DNA of 64,000 nucleotides from Salinispira sp. (GCA_965602015.1 OZ271918.1:3072001-3136000); one strand, 5' to 3'. Numbered from the stretch's first letter, positions 1 to 8,678 are shown. The notes: generated from the sequence alone by a model not told the origin. A program made the numbers and translations.

Positions 1-11
1 GTGTTGAGTCG

Positions 12-1517
12 ATGGAATGCTCGGCTGATTTGGGAAATGGAGAAAAGCTGATTTTTAATTACTCTGCAAAACAGATTTCCGACGAGATTATCGATGCACT
101 TTATTCGCTTGCTGAAGAGCAGCAGCTGCTAAATAAGTATGCTCTTCTGGCGGCAGGGGAATACATGAATACCGGAGAAAACCGCCGGGTGCTTCACCAC
201 CTCACCCGGGGACAGCTCGGACCAGCTGTCATGCATGAGGGAAAGGATCTGGGGGGCTTTTACCGCGAACAGCAGAGCCGGATAGCCGACTTTTCCCGCA
301 AGGTTCATGGCGGTGAAATTAGCTCGGAAGGAGGTGCCCCCTTCGATACGGTGGTTCAGGTAGGCATCGGAGGTTCTGACCTGGGGCCCCGCGCAATGTA
401 CCTTGCCCTGTTGAACCATGTCGCTTCCCGGGCAGCCGACGGGAGCCGGGGAACCGGAAGCAAGCTCGATGCCCACTTTATTTCTAATGTTGACCCGGAC
501 GATGCAGCGGATGTCTTAAGAAAAATCGATCCCAAAACCACGTTGTTTATCCTCGTTTCCAAGAGCGGTACCACCCAGGAAACCCTGACCAATGAAGCGC
601 TGGTCATTTCGGCCATGAAAAAAGCTGGGATTTCGGCACCGAAAAAACACATCGTGTGCGTAACCAGTGAAACGAGCCCCCTCGCCAAGAGCGACGACTA
701 CTTAGCCTCGTTTTTTATTGATGATTTTATTGGCGGTCGATACAGTTCCACTTCTGCAGTCGGGGGAGCGGTGCTGAGCCTGGCATTCGGACCGGAAGTA
801 TTTGCTGAGTTCCTGGAAGGTGCACACGCGGCGGACAAATCAGCTATGGAAAAGGATATACGGAAGAACCCTGCGCTAATTGATGCACTAATTGGCATTT
901 GGGAGCGAAATTTTCAAGGCTTTCCCGCCACGGCAGTCCTCCCCTACTCTCAAGCCATGAGCCGATTCCCCGCCCACCTTCAGCAGATGGACATGGAGAG
1001 CAATGGAAAGCAGGTGAACAGAGACGGCGAAATACTGGATTACCCCACCGGACCGGTTATCTTCGGCGAGCCGGGAACCAACGGACAGCACAGTTTTTAT
1101 CAGCTTCTTCATCAGGGAACCGATATCGTACCCCTTCAGTTCATCGGTTTCCTGGAGAGTCAGGACGGTCTGGATGTAGATTTTTCCGGTTCCACGAGTC
1201 AAAAAAAGCTCAATGCGAATTTGGCGGCGCAAATTATTGCCTTTGCAAAAGGAAGTGCAAACGACAATCCGAACAAGCACTTCCCCGGGGAGCGCCCTTC
1301 GAGCCTGCTGTATTCCACGCGTCTAAGCCCCCGGGTTTTAGGCGCCTTGCTTGCCCATTTTGAAAACAAGGTGATGTTTCAAGGACTTATCTGGAATTTG
1401 AACAGTTTTGATCAGGAGGGCGTGCAGCTCGGCAAAATACTCACCAAGCAGGTTCTCGGCTCCCAGGAACTGGATAGCTCCCTCGAAGCTTTTAGTAAGA
1501 AACTCGGAGTACGTTGA
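12..1517 (+). CDS. pgi: Glucose-6-phosphate isomerase; the true start is probably upstream of the window
   Basis: Motifs GIGGSDLGP, SKSGTTQET, GGRYS, QQMDMESNGK, GEPGTNGQHSFYQL and FDQEGVQLGK. The frame is open back to the window edge. Confidence 0.97.
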   Translation: MECSADLGNGEKLIFNYSAKQISDEIIDALYSLAEEQQLLNKYALLAAGEYMNTGENRRVLHHLTRGQLGPAVMHEGKDLGGFYREQQSRIADFSRKVHGGEISSEGGAPFDTVVQVGIGGSDLGPRAMYLALLNHVASRAADGSRGTGSKLDAHFISNVDPDDAADVLRKIDPKTTLFILVSKSGTTQETLTNEALVISAMKKAGISAPKKHIVCVTSETSPLAKSDDYLASFFIDDFIGGRYSSTSAVGGAVLSLAFGPEVFAEFLEGAHAADKSAMEKDIRKNPALIDALIGIWERNFQGFPATAVLPYSQAMSRFPAHLQQMDMESNGKQVNRDGEILDYPTGPVIFGEPGTNGQHSFYQLLHQGTDIVPLQFIGFLESQDGLDVDFSGSTSQKKLNANLAAQIIAFAKGSANDNPNKHFPGERPSSLLYSTRLSPRVLGALLAHFENKVMFQGLIWNLNSFDQEGVQLGKILTKQVLGSQELDSSLEAFSKKLGVR

Positions 1518-1525
1518 CACAAAAC

Positions 1526-1553
1526 CCGCCGCCGGGTTAACGGCGGCGGTTTA
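1526..1553 (+). terminator. Intrinsic terminator-like hairpin between convergent pgi and hydrolase genes
   Basis: CCGCCGCCG-ggttaa-CGGCGGCGG, followed by TTTA and preceded by AAAA. Confidence 0.7.
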
Positions 1554-1579
1554 TTCTCAATAAACCTGAAGGGAAGCGG

Positions 1580-2605
1580 CTACAATCGATTCTCTATCCA
1601 TCGCAGACAGTCATCGAATGCCTTCGCCTGTAAAGCATCGTGGAAAACTTCATGCCTGCAGCCCTCATAAATTGCAGTTTCACATTGGTCCCAACCGAGT
1701 TTTTTATAAAATTCAGCCAGTAGACCGGGAGTTTTACCAAAACCCGCCACCGGATCGTCACTGCCGCAGAAAAACAGCAGGGGAATGCTCTGATCCGCCA
1801 GTTCACGCCGATACTGACGGGAATACACATAAATATTGATATCCACCAGGGCCGCATACGCGCCAAGGCGGAGAATATTTCCGCAGAGGGGGTCGGCAAT
1901 GTAGGCATCAACCTCATCCGGAATGCTGCTTATCCAATCCAGCTCGGTACGCATGCCCGAATATCGTTTATTCTTATGATAACGCCCCAAAACCAGATCA
2001 TCTATTGCAGCGCTGACGTGAGATTCACCGTGTCGTTTTATTTGGTGCATAATAAAGCGCAAGCCAAGCCTCGCCAGGAGCTTTCCGTTTTCCGGATGAC
2101 CGCTGAGAATGACTCCGCTAATCCGGCCGAGGTGGCCAGGTGGCAGGGTAGCAAGGGCGGCCCTGACAATCATCGATCCCATGCTGTGACCGAAGAGAAT
2201 AATTTTGCCCTCATCATAACGGGAGAATACATACTCCAGCACATGGCTCAAATCATCCAGGTAAAGCCGCCAGCCTTCGTCGAGGGGAATCAGCCCAAAA
2301 TCCGGATTATCGTACAGATGTTTTTTCAAACTGATGGGATCTTCGCTGTGGGAGCTATTAATCGCCGTATACCCGTGACCTCTCTGATCGTAGGCGAGAA
2401 CATTATACCCGTTATGGGCCAGAAATAGCGCAAACTGCTGGTACCGGGCGGAATGCTCCGCAATCCCATGCACCAAAACAACGGTCCCCCGGGCGGTACC
2501 TTTTGCATTCCAAAGCCGGGCAAAGGCCATGGAAGCTTTAACCGGTATATGTAGCTGTTCTTCCCGCATGTATCTAGCATATGTCCTCAAGAGGTCGTTG
2601 TCCAA
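1580..2605 (-). CDS. Alpha/beta hydrolase (lysophospholipase/monoacylglycerol lipase-like)
   Basis: HGIAEHSARY, YDQRGHG, nucleophile motif GHSMG and C-terminal RHEVFHD. Confidence 0.9.
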   Translation of the reverse strand: MDNDLLRTYARYMREEQLHIPVKASMAFARLWNAKGTARGTVVLVHGIAEHSARYQQFALFLAHNGYNVLAYDQRGHGYTAINSSHSEDPISLKKHLYDNPDFGLIPLDEGWRLYLDDLSHVLEYVFSRYDEGKIILFGHSMGSMIVRAALATLPPGHLGRISGVILSGHPENGKLLARLGLRFIMHQIKRHGESHVSAAIDDLVLGRYHKNKRYSGMRTELDWISSIPDEVDAYIADPLCGNILRLGAYAALVDINIYVYSRQYRRELADQSIPLLFFCGSDDPVAGFGKTPGLLAEFYKKLGWDQCETAIYEGCRHEVFHDALQAKAFDDCLRWIENRL

Positions 2606-2635
2606 TGTATTTTTTTTCTATCATTTTTTATGTAC

Positions 2636-2786
2636 CCAGTGCCCCGAAAACAGCTGATTTAAAACAGCTAATCCGTTTGCTGTCCTGCAATTGCCGGCCT
2701 CTGATTACTATTGAGACATAAAATCATGCTATCCCACGCCTTATAAAGGTTTACCACAGACAAATCAGCTGTTTTCGGGGCACTGG
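2636..2786. mobile_element. MITE-like element, copy 1 (151 bp, perfect 25-bp terminal inverted repeats)
   Basis: CCAGTGCCCCGAAAACAGCTGATTT (2636-2660) and its exact reverse complement (2762-2786). A related copy lies at 48552-48690. Confidence 0.75.
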
Positions 2787-2806
2787 CTTTGGTTTACACT
2801 GGAGAC

Positions 2807-3352
2807 ATGAATACAAAAGGAAACACCCTGTCTGTCCTGCTGCGCATTCTGGACGTCGAGCAGAACAACCTGCAACGCTCGGACTCAAAGGCGACGGCCC
2901 TGCTCTCGACCCTCGGGGTCTTTATGGTCTTCTTCATCGTGCATTTCGATAAGATCACCATAAATGAAATCTCCCTGACGCTGGTCTTTTTTTATTTTTT
3001 CAGCGCACTGACCACGATATTCTGTCTGTTAAAGGTGATCAGTCCCAAAATGGTAAACGTTCCCGAAGAGCCTGATCTCAAGGATGCCCGATTCTCCATC
3101 AACCCGACGTTTTTTGGCGGAATTTCCCGATTCAAAACTCCCGGCAACTACGCCCGCTACCTCGAGGACCTAGCGGAAGATGATCATGCGGTATATACCA
3201 TGTTCAGCAAGCAGCTGTTTGCCATTGCAAAAATCAATATGCGAAAAAACAAGTGGCTCAAGCGGGGAATGAACTCGTTTATCGCCGCTATAAGCTTTGA
3301 GTTATTTTCGATAATCACTGTCTACGTGGATTTCGCATTCTCAAAAGCATAA
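2807..3352 (+). CDS. Pycsar effector-like (PycTM/DUF5706) membrane protein, orphan
   Basis: N-terminal RSDSKATALL, two TM helices, FFGGI, then KQLFAIAKINMRKNKWLK before a third TM helix. This pattern is typical of DUF5706. ATG 2807 is preferred to TTG 2789. Confidence 0.7.
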   Translation: MNTKGNTLSVLLRILDVEQNNLQRSDSKATALLSTLGVFMVFFIVHFDKITINEISLTLVFFYFFSALTTIFCLLKVISPKMVNVPEEPDLKDARFSINPTFFGGISRFKTPGNYARYLEDLAEDDHAVYTMFSKQLFAIAKINMRKNKWLKRGMNSFIAAISFELFSIITVYVDFAFSKA

Positions 3353-3405
3353 AAAGATATTAGTATACAATCTCTTTTACCAGATCCGCATCATTAGGAG
3401 AAATC

Positions 3406-4488
3406 ATGGCACGCAAGTACAATTTTTACGCCGGACCTTCGACTCTGCCCGAGGAAGTGCTCAAGGAACTTGAGGCAGATTTCGTTGATTACAAGGGATT
3501 GGGTCTCTCCCTCGTTGAAACCAGCCACAGAAGTCCGGAGTACGATGAAGTGCATCAGTCGGTCATTCAGGGTGTCAAATCACTCCTCGGTTTGAGCGAT
3601 GATTATGAAGTGGTTATGATGGGAGGAGGAGCCACCCTTCAGTTTTCGGCTGTCCCCATGAATCTTCTGGGTGATAAAAAGCGGGCTGATTATGTAATCA
3701 GCGGTACCTGGGCAAAAAAAGCCCTGGCTGACGCCAAGGTATACGGCGAACCAGTGGTTCTTTGGGACGGGAAGGACGGTAATTATACCAGTCTACCGGC
3801 AGCGGATTCTGTCCGCCCCGGGAAAGACAGTGCCTATCTGCATATTACCAGCAACGAGACAATTAACGGGGTTCAATGGAAGGATTTCCCCGATGTGGAT
3901 ATTCCGCTGGTGGCAGACATGTCATCGGACATTCTCTCGCGCCCCCTACCTGTCGATCGCTTCGGTTTGATCTATGCAGGAGCTCAAAAAAACCTGGCCC
4001 CCGCCGGGGTTACCCTGGTCATTATCCGCAAGGATCTGCTTGATCGGGCAGGGGACAATGTGGGCGCCTACCTGAAATACAAGACCCACGCTGAGAAGGA
4101 CAGCCTCTACAACACGCCGCCGGTGTTCTCGATTTGGGCCATGAGCCGGGTACTTAAATGGATTGAGCGGAACGGCGGTCTGGCGGGCATAGAGAAAATC
4201 AATGCGGAAAAAGCCGATATGCTCTACCGGGCCATCGATGAGGCCGATGGTTTTTACAACTGCCCCGTTGATGCCTCGTACCGTTCAAGCATGAACGTGG
4301 TTTTCACGTTGGCCGACGAAGAGCTGCAGGGCGAGTTTCTCAAGGGCGCAGGTAACCTGGGAATGCTCGGCCTCAAAGGCCACCGATCGGTGGGCGGGTG
4401 CCGCGCTTCGATATACAACGCCATGCCGATTAGCGGAGTACAGGCCCTTGCGGAATACATGAAGGATTTCGCCGCGAAAAAGGGCTAA
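3406..4488 (+). CDS. serC: Phosphoserine aminotransferase
   Basis: YNFYAGPSTLP, SHRS, DMSSD, AGAQKNLAPAG, YNTPPVF and LKGHRSVGGCRASIYNA. RBS AGGAG. Confidence 0.97.
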   Translation: MARKYNFYAGPSTLPEEVLKELEADFVDYKGLGLSLVETSHRSPEYDEVHQSVIQGVKSLLGLSDDYEVVMMGGGATLQFSAVPMNLLGDKKRADYVISGTWAKKALADAKVYGEPVVLWDGKDGNYTSLPAADSVRPGKDSAYLHITSNETINGVQWKDFPDVDIPLVADMSSDILSRPLPVDRFGLIYAGAQKNLAPAGVTLVIIRKDLLDRAGDNVGAYLKYKTHAEKDSLYNTPPVFSIWAMSRVLKWIERNGGLAGIEKINAEKADMLYRAIDEADGFYNCPVDASYRSSMNVVFTLADEELQGEFLKGAGNLGMLGLKGHRSVGGCRASIYNAMPISGVQALAEYMKDFAAKKG

Positions 4489-4547
4489 GCGACTCGGATA
4501 TCCATCGACTGACACAAAAAAGAATGTGATTTTCTTTCAGGGGAATC

Positions 4548-4576
4548 TTGACGACAGGTTCGGGCGGTATTAGAAT
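4548..4576 (+). promoter_or_regulatory. Sigma70-type promoter of the stand-alone RNA
   Basis: TTGACG (4548-4553), 17 bp, TAGAAT (4571-4576). Confidence 0.7.
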
Positions 4577-4582
4577 TTAACT

Positions 4583-4837
4583 GTTGATGAAGATTTCATC
4601 AGGATTCCAGGTTCCCGGGAGAACCCGTAAGTTCCCCGAGGAAGGGTCCAGAACATACTGCAGGAGGGCTTATGGCAACTCCACCTAAAGCAGACGGGCC
4701 TGACAGTCCTTGATTCTCAATCGGGACTGCCGATGCCCCGTGTCAGACAAATCCATCAATGTCTGTGACATTGATTTAAGAAGCCCGGGAACATGATCCC
4801 GAGGTTAAGGCCGGCAGTTAGTGCCGGCCCTTTTTTT
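4583..4837 (+). ncRNA. Structured non-coding RNA candidate of unassigned class; 6S RNA should be tested first
   Basis: Has its own promoter and terminator. GTTCCCGGG (4611-4619) pairs with CCCGGGAAC (4784-4792), with several internal hairpins. No long sense ORF is present and the next gene is convergent. Confidence 0.65.
4809..4837 (+). terminator. Rho-independent terminator
   Basis: GGCCGGCA-gttag-TGCCGGCC followed by C and T7. Confidence 0.85.
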
Positions 4838-4970
4838 GCCCGCATATCAATCTAAATTATCGCTAAACTATTGGCGCTGCAGTTCGAGCCTGGTGCATCA
4901 ACAGATACGGCAACATATAGCTATGCCAGCCAGTCTGACGGCATATACCCGTTACATCTATCCCCAGGCA

Positions 4971-6032
4971 TTATTCCGCAAGCAGTGGGCCGAGAAAATC
5001 CAAGTAGGTTTTCCAGGCATTGTCGCCGTAATTTCCGGCCTGGACCCAGGCAGCCGGTATGTCCCTGCTTCTGAGGAAATCCCGAACGAGGGTATTTCTT
5101 GCAAGCATCTGACGCCGGTTTAGTTTGAGAAGTTGGGTGGAGGGCAGCTGATCTTCTTCAAAAGGATCGGCTCCTGCTACGATAAACGCGATATCAGGGG
5201 TGGCTCGCCCCCACTGCTTTTCGCTTCGAGACACGAGCTCGCTCAGGCCGACGGCCAACCGCGAGTTGTACGTACCCTCTTCGCCGGCATCGACTGCAAT
5301 ATCGATATCGCTGGATATCCAGGCCGGATCCGAGTCATAGCCCGGAACCTGCCGCCGCTCGTCAAGCGGCCAACCTCGGGCCATATGGATGCTTAAGGCG
5401 ATGACGCCCTGGTCTCCCCCCTGATTCAGGCGCTTGACCAGATCTGCGGTTCCGTCACCCTTGTGGGCGTCAATATCAATAATCCATGCCGACGGCTTTT
5501 CCCCGCCTCCCGCTAGGCGCTCCCTGGCGGCCAGAGTGTCGCTGTAAAAGCAAAAACCCGAACCGAAGTCCCAGTGAGCATGGTGAAATCCTCCACCAAA
5601 ATACCAGGCTTCACCAGTTTCGAGAGCGAGCTCAGCGGCGCGGATAACCCCGCCGCCTCGCCGACGGACAATCTCGAATAGCTCGGATAATGGCCTGCTG
5701 GCTGCCGAGGGTGCATAGCGGTAATAGTCGCCGTTGCGGTCAATCAGCTCAAAGGTGCGAAGGATTTCGGTCTCCAGCTCGGCTCCGCCGGCGAGAAGCC
5801 GCCGTATGTAATTGGGGCAATGAACCGCGGCCAGCTCCGCTTCGCTGGGGGCCTTGGCCAAATCGGAGTGATACCAGGACGGCATGGATTCTCCGGAAGG
5901 CGGAATTGCGCTTTCCCCGGACATATGCAAGAGCTCCTTCATGGTTTTGAGCGCATTATTAAATGATATGGGGATATCTATACCGTAATCCGCCACATCC
6001 AGGCGGTCTGATGGATCGTAAATAATTTCCAT
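4971..6032 (-). CDS. Histone deacetylase-family (Zn-dependent) deacetylase
   Basis: GGGFHHAH..GSGFC, IDIDAHKGDGT, AGADPFEED and GNYG. Start placed at ATG 6032, just after the pfkA stop. Confidence 0.88.
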   Translation of the reverse strand: MEIIYDPSDRLDVADYGIDIPISFNNALKTMKELLHMSGESAIPPSGESMPSWYHSDLAKAPSEAELAAVHCPNYIRRLLAGGAELETEILRTFELIDRNGDYYRYAPSAASRPLSELFEIVRRRGGGVIRAAELALETGEAWYFGGGFHHAHWDFGSGFCFYSDTLAARERLAGGGEKPSAWIIDIDAHKGDGTADLVKRLNQGGDQGVIALSIHMARGWPLDERRQVPGYDSDPAWISSDIDIAVDAGEEGTYNSRLAVGLSELVSRSEKQWGRATPDIAFIVAGADPFEEDQLPSTQLLKLNRRQMLARNTLVRDFLRSRDIPAAWVQAGNYGDNAWKTYLDFLGPLLAE

Positions 6033-6039
6033 GGGATTC

Positions 6040-7383
6040 CTATGTGCTTTTTTCCCCCGCTTCAGAAGACCACTGAACCGGCATACCGGTGGCGTCAATG
6101 AGATCGCGCCACAGACTGCTTTCCGGATCTACGTGATTCCGGGTTCCCGTGGCAATTCTCATGGGAACGTGTACGAAGTGGTTGTTCAGCAGGCTTACCA
6201 GTATCTTCGTTTTTCCCGCCATGGCCGCATGCACCGCATTTGTTCCCAGACGCGAACAGTACAAGCTGTCCGTCGGTATGGCCACCGATGACCGGATGAT
6301 ATAGCTGGGATCTATGTATTTTATGTTCACCGGGAAATTAATACTTGAGAAATGATCCGCCAATCGTTTTTTGAGGTACACGCCGATATCCCCCAGAAGC
6401 TTGTTTCCCGAGGCATCGGTTCCCTCCTGAGCATCCAACAGCCGCTGTCCGGCACCTTCGGCCACGACGATAACCGCATGGTTTCGCCGTTCAAGGCGCT
6501 TCTTCAAATGCTCGAAGAGCCCTCCGGGACCTTCGAGGGAAAACGGAACCTCGGGAATAAGTACATAATTGACATCATGACTCGCTATCGCAGTGTGGGC
6601 GGCAATAAAACCGCTCTCCCGGCCCATGAGTTTTACCAGGCCGATACCGTTTTGCGCTGAATGGGCTTCCTGATGGGCGGCGAACACCGATTCAGTAGCC
6701 CGGACCACCGCGGTCTCGAACCCAAAGCTCTTTTCGATAAAGCTCAAATCGTTGTCTATGGTCTTGGGAATACCGACCACGGCAATTTTGAGCCCGCGTT
6801 TCTCGATTTCCTCCGCCAGGGCAAGGGCCCCTTTTTGCGTCCCGTCGCCCCCGATGGTAAAAAGCATATTGATATTCAACCTTTCCAGGGCGTCGACCAG
6901 ATCTTCGGTGCGGTCCCCGCCCCCGCGCGAGCTGCCCAGCATTGAGCCGCCTATGCGATGAATATCATCCACCACATTGGGGTTTAATTCGATGATCGGC
7001 TCGCTGACAGTTCCCAAAAGACCGTTGTACCCGAACCGAATGCCGGTTATGCGCTGCACTCCGTAGCGGTACCAGAGGGTCCGAACCACCGAACGGATTA
7101 CATCGTTGAGCCCGGGACACAGGCCTCCGCAGGTCATGATTCCCGCCCGCACATGCGCCGGCTGGAAATAGATCATCTCCCGGGGACCCGCCTTCTGAAG
7201 CGTTCCGTAATCCTCGTAGTTTCTGCTTTCCCCGTCTTTCTCAACTTTAACATGATAGAGGATTTCCTCGTCATCGCTCACATAGTTTGCTATAGTGTCA
7301 CCATAGATCTTCGAAAAGACGATGGGCGACTGAATTTTCGTTTTTCCGAGATCGGGAACGGAAAAATCGTAGGTTTCTGCCAT
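6040..7383 (-). CDS. pfkA: 6-phosphofructokinase (long form, probably ATP-dependent)
   Basis: TCGGLCPGLNDVIR, GGDGT, PKTIDND, MGRESGFIA and YIDPSYIIRS. Confidence 0.93.
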   Translation of the reverse strand: MAETYDFSVPDLGKTKIQSPIVFSKIYGDTIANYVSDDEEILYHVKVEKDGESRNYEDYGTLQKAGPREMIYFQPAHVRAGIMTCGGLCPGLNDVIRSVVRTLWYRYGVQRITGIRFGYNGLLGTVSEPIIELNPNVVDDIHRIGGSMLGSSRGGGDRTEDLVDALERLNINMLFTIGGDGTQKGALALAEEIEKRGLKIAVVGIPKTIDNDLSFIEKSFGFETAVVRATESVFAAHQEAHSAQNGIGLVKLMGRESGFIAAHTAIASHDVNYVLIPEVPFSLEGPGGLFEHLKKRLERRNHAVIVVAEGAGQRLLDAQEGTDASGNKLLGDIGVYLKKRLADHFSSINFPVNIKYIDPSYIIRSSVAIPTDSLYCSRLGTNAVHAAMAGKTKILVSLLNNHFVHVPMRIATGTRNHVDPESSLWRDLIDATGMPVQWSSEAGEKST

Positions 7384-7487
7384 CTGCGGACTCCAGATTT
7401 TTATGATGTTTCCATATTAGTCCAAGGACAGCTGCTACACAAGCTGAGCGGATAATCCGCAGGCCGCCTAGCCGCTGAGGAGAATTC

Positions 7488-8471
7488 ATGAAAGTATTGG
7501 TAATCGGCGGAGCAGGCTATATTGGTAGTCACGTATGTCTCGAACTTTTGAGCGGCGGTCATGAGGTGGAAATCTTCGACAATCTCTCCAGCGGCGTGAG
7601 GACCAACCTGCTTCCGGGATTCGGCTTTACCCACGGCGACATTTTACAGAAAGAACAGCTCTTGCACTGTATTGCCAGCAAGGGCCCCTTCGACGGGGTG
7701 ATTCACCTGGCGGCATTTAAGGCTGCCGGCGAATCAATGATTAAGCCGGAAAAGTACTCGGTGAACAATATTACGGGCACCATCAACATCCTCAACGCCA
7801 TGTCTGAAACCGGGATTCCGAATCTGGTCTTTTCATCTTCGGCGGCGGTCTATGGCGAACCCCAATACCTTCCCATCGACGAAAATCACCCCTGCGATCC
7901 GGAGAACTACTACGGTTTTACCAAACTTGAAATCGAGCGCTTCCTTCAATGGTACTCGAAGTTGAGGGGTATCCGCTTCGCAGCCCTGCGCTATTTCAAT
8001 GCCGCGGGTTACGATTCCCAGGGCAGGATCTACGGGCTGGAGCAGAATCCCGCCAACCTGCTGCCGGTAATCATGGAGGTCGCGGTAAACACGCGTCCTC
8101 AGCTGAAGATTTTTGGCAACGATTTCGCCACCGATGACGGATACGGTGTTAGGGATTACGTCCACGTCAGCGATCTCGCCGACGCCCATTTAAAGGCTAT
8201 GGATTTCATTCAGAAAAACGGCAGCGACTTAATTGTCAACCTGGGGTCTGAATCGGGAATTTCCGTTAAAGAAATGCTGGAAACCGCCCGGGAAATTACC
8301 GGTCAGGCGATTCCATCCAGTGTTACCGACCGGCGGCCCGGAGACCCGGCAAAACTAGTGGCATCATCAGAATTGGCGAGAAAAACCCTCGGCTGGACGG
8401 CTTCGCGGAGTGATGTGGGAAGCCTGGTCGAGACTACCTGGAAGGCATACACCAAGAACTTTTCCATGTAA
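7488..8471 (+). CDS. galE: UDP-glucose 4-epimerase
   Basis: GGAGYIGSH, FSSSAAVYG, YGFTK, LRYFNAAG and RDYVHVSDLA. Confidence 0.95.
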   Translation: MKVLVIGGAGYIGSHVCLELLSGGHEVEIFDNLSSGVRTNLLPGFGFTHGDILQKEQLLHCIASKGPFDGVIHLAAFKAAGESMIKPEKYSVNNITGTINILNAMSETGIPNLVFSSSAAVYGEPQYLPIDENHPCDPENYYGFTKLEIERFLQWYSKLRGIRFAALRYFNAAGYDSQGRIYGLEQNPANLLPVIMEVAVNTRPQLKIFGNDFATDDGYGVRDYVHVSDLADAHLKAMDFIQKNGSDLIVNLGSESGISVKEMLETAREITGQAIPSSVTDRRPGDPAKLVASSELARKTLGWTASRSDVGSLVETTWKAYTKNFSM

Positions 8472-8486
8472 GCAAATATCCGGGCG

Positions 8487-8678
8487 CTAAGCCCTGATCC
8501 TGGGGTTACGGGTAAAACTGGGGCAATTACGGCCGGTATTGCGCAAAACCTGGGTGCTGGGCAGCTCCCTGCTCTTTATTCCGAATTGCCGGCATCCCTT
8601 TGGGTAATTCTGATCCCAGGTCACAAAAAAATGTGCGCAGTTGTGACAGTTGGGAGGGGGGGCCGGACTCTGATCCAT
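8487..8678 (-). CDS. Small Cys-rich protein (CxxCxH...C...C), putative metal-binding
   Basis: 63 aa: NCHNCAHFFVTWD...GCRQFGIKS...CPSF. A -10 box TAGAAT lies 5 nt upstream. Confidence 0.7.
   Translation of the reverse strand: MDQSPAPPPNCHNCAHFFVTWDQNYPKGCRQFGIKSRELPSTQVLRNTGRNCPSFTRNPRIRA

Noticed and set aside
4583..4837. RNase P, SRP, tmRNA or riboswitch identity for the structured RNA
   Set aside because: GAGGAAGGGTCC resembles the RNase P GAGGAAAGTCC, but the 3' P4 partner is missing. There is no SRP core and no tRNA-like ends, and no downstream sense gene to regulate.
4821..5123. Short + strand ORFs downstream of the RNA terminator
   Set aside because: They have no RBS or motifs, start within or after the terminator, and overlap the 3' end of the deacetylase gene.
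5116..5127. 12-bp match (CCGGTTTAGTTT) to part of the malQ operator region
   Set aside because: It lies inside the deacetylase CDS and is not palindromic, so it is likely chance.
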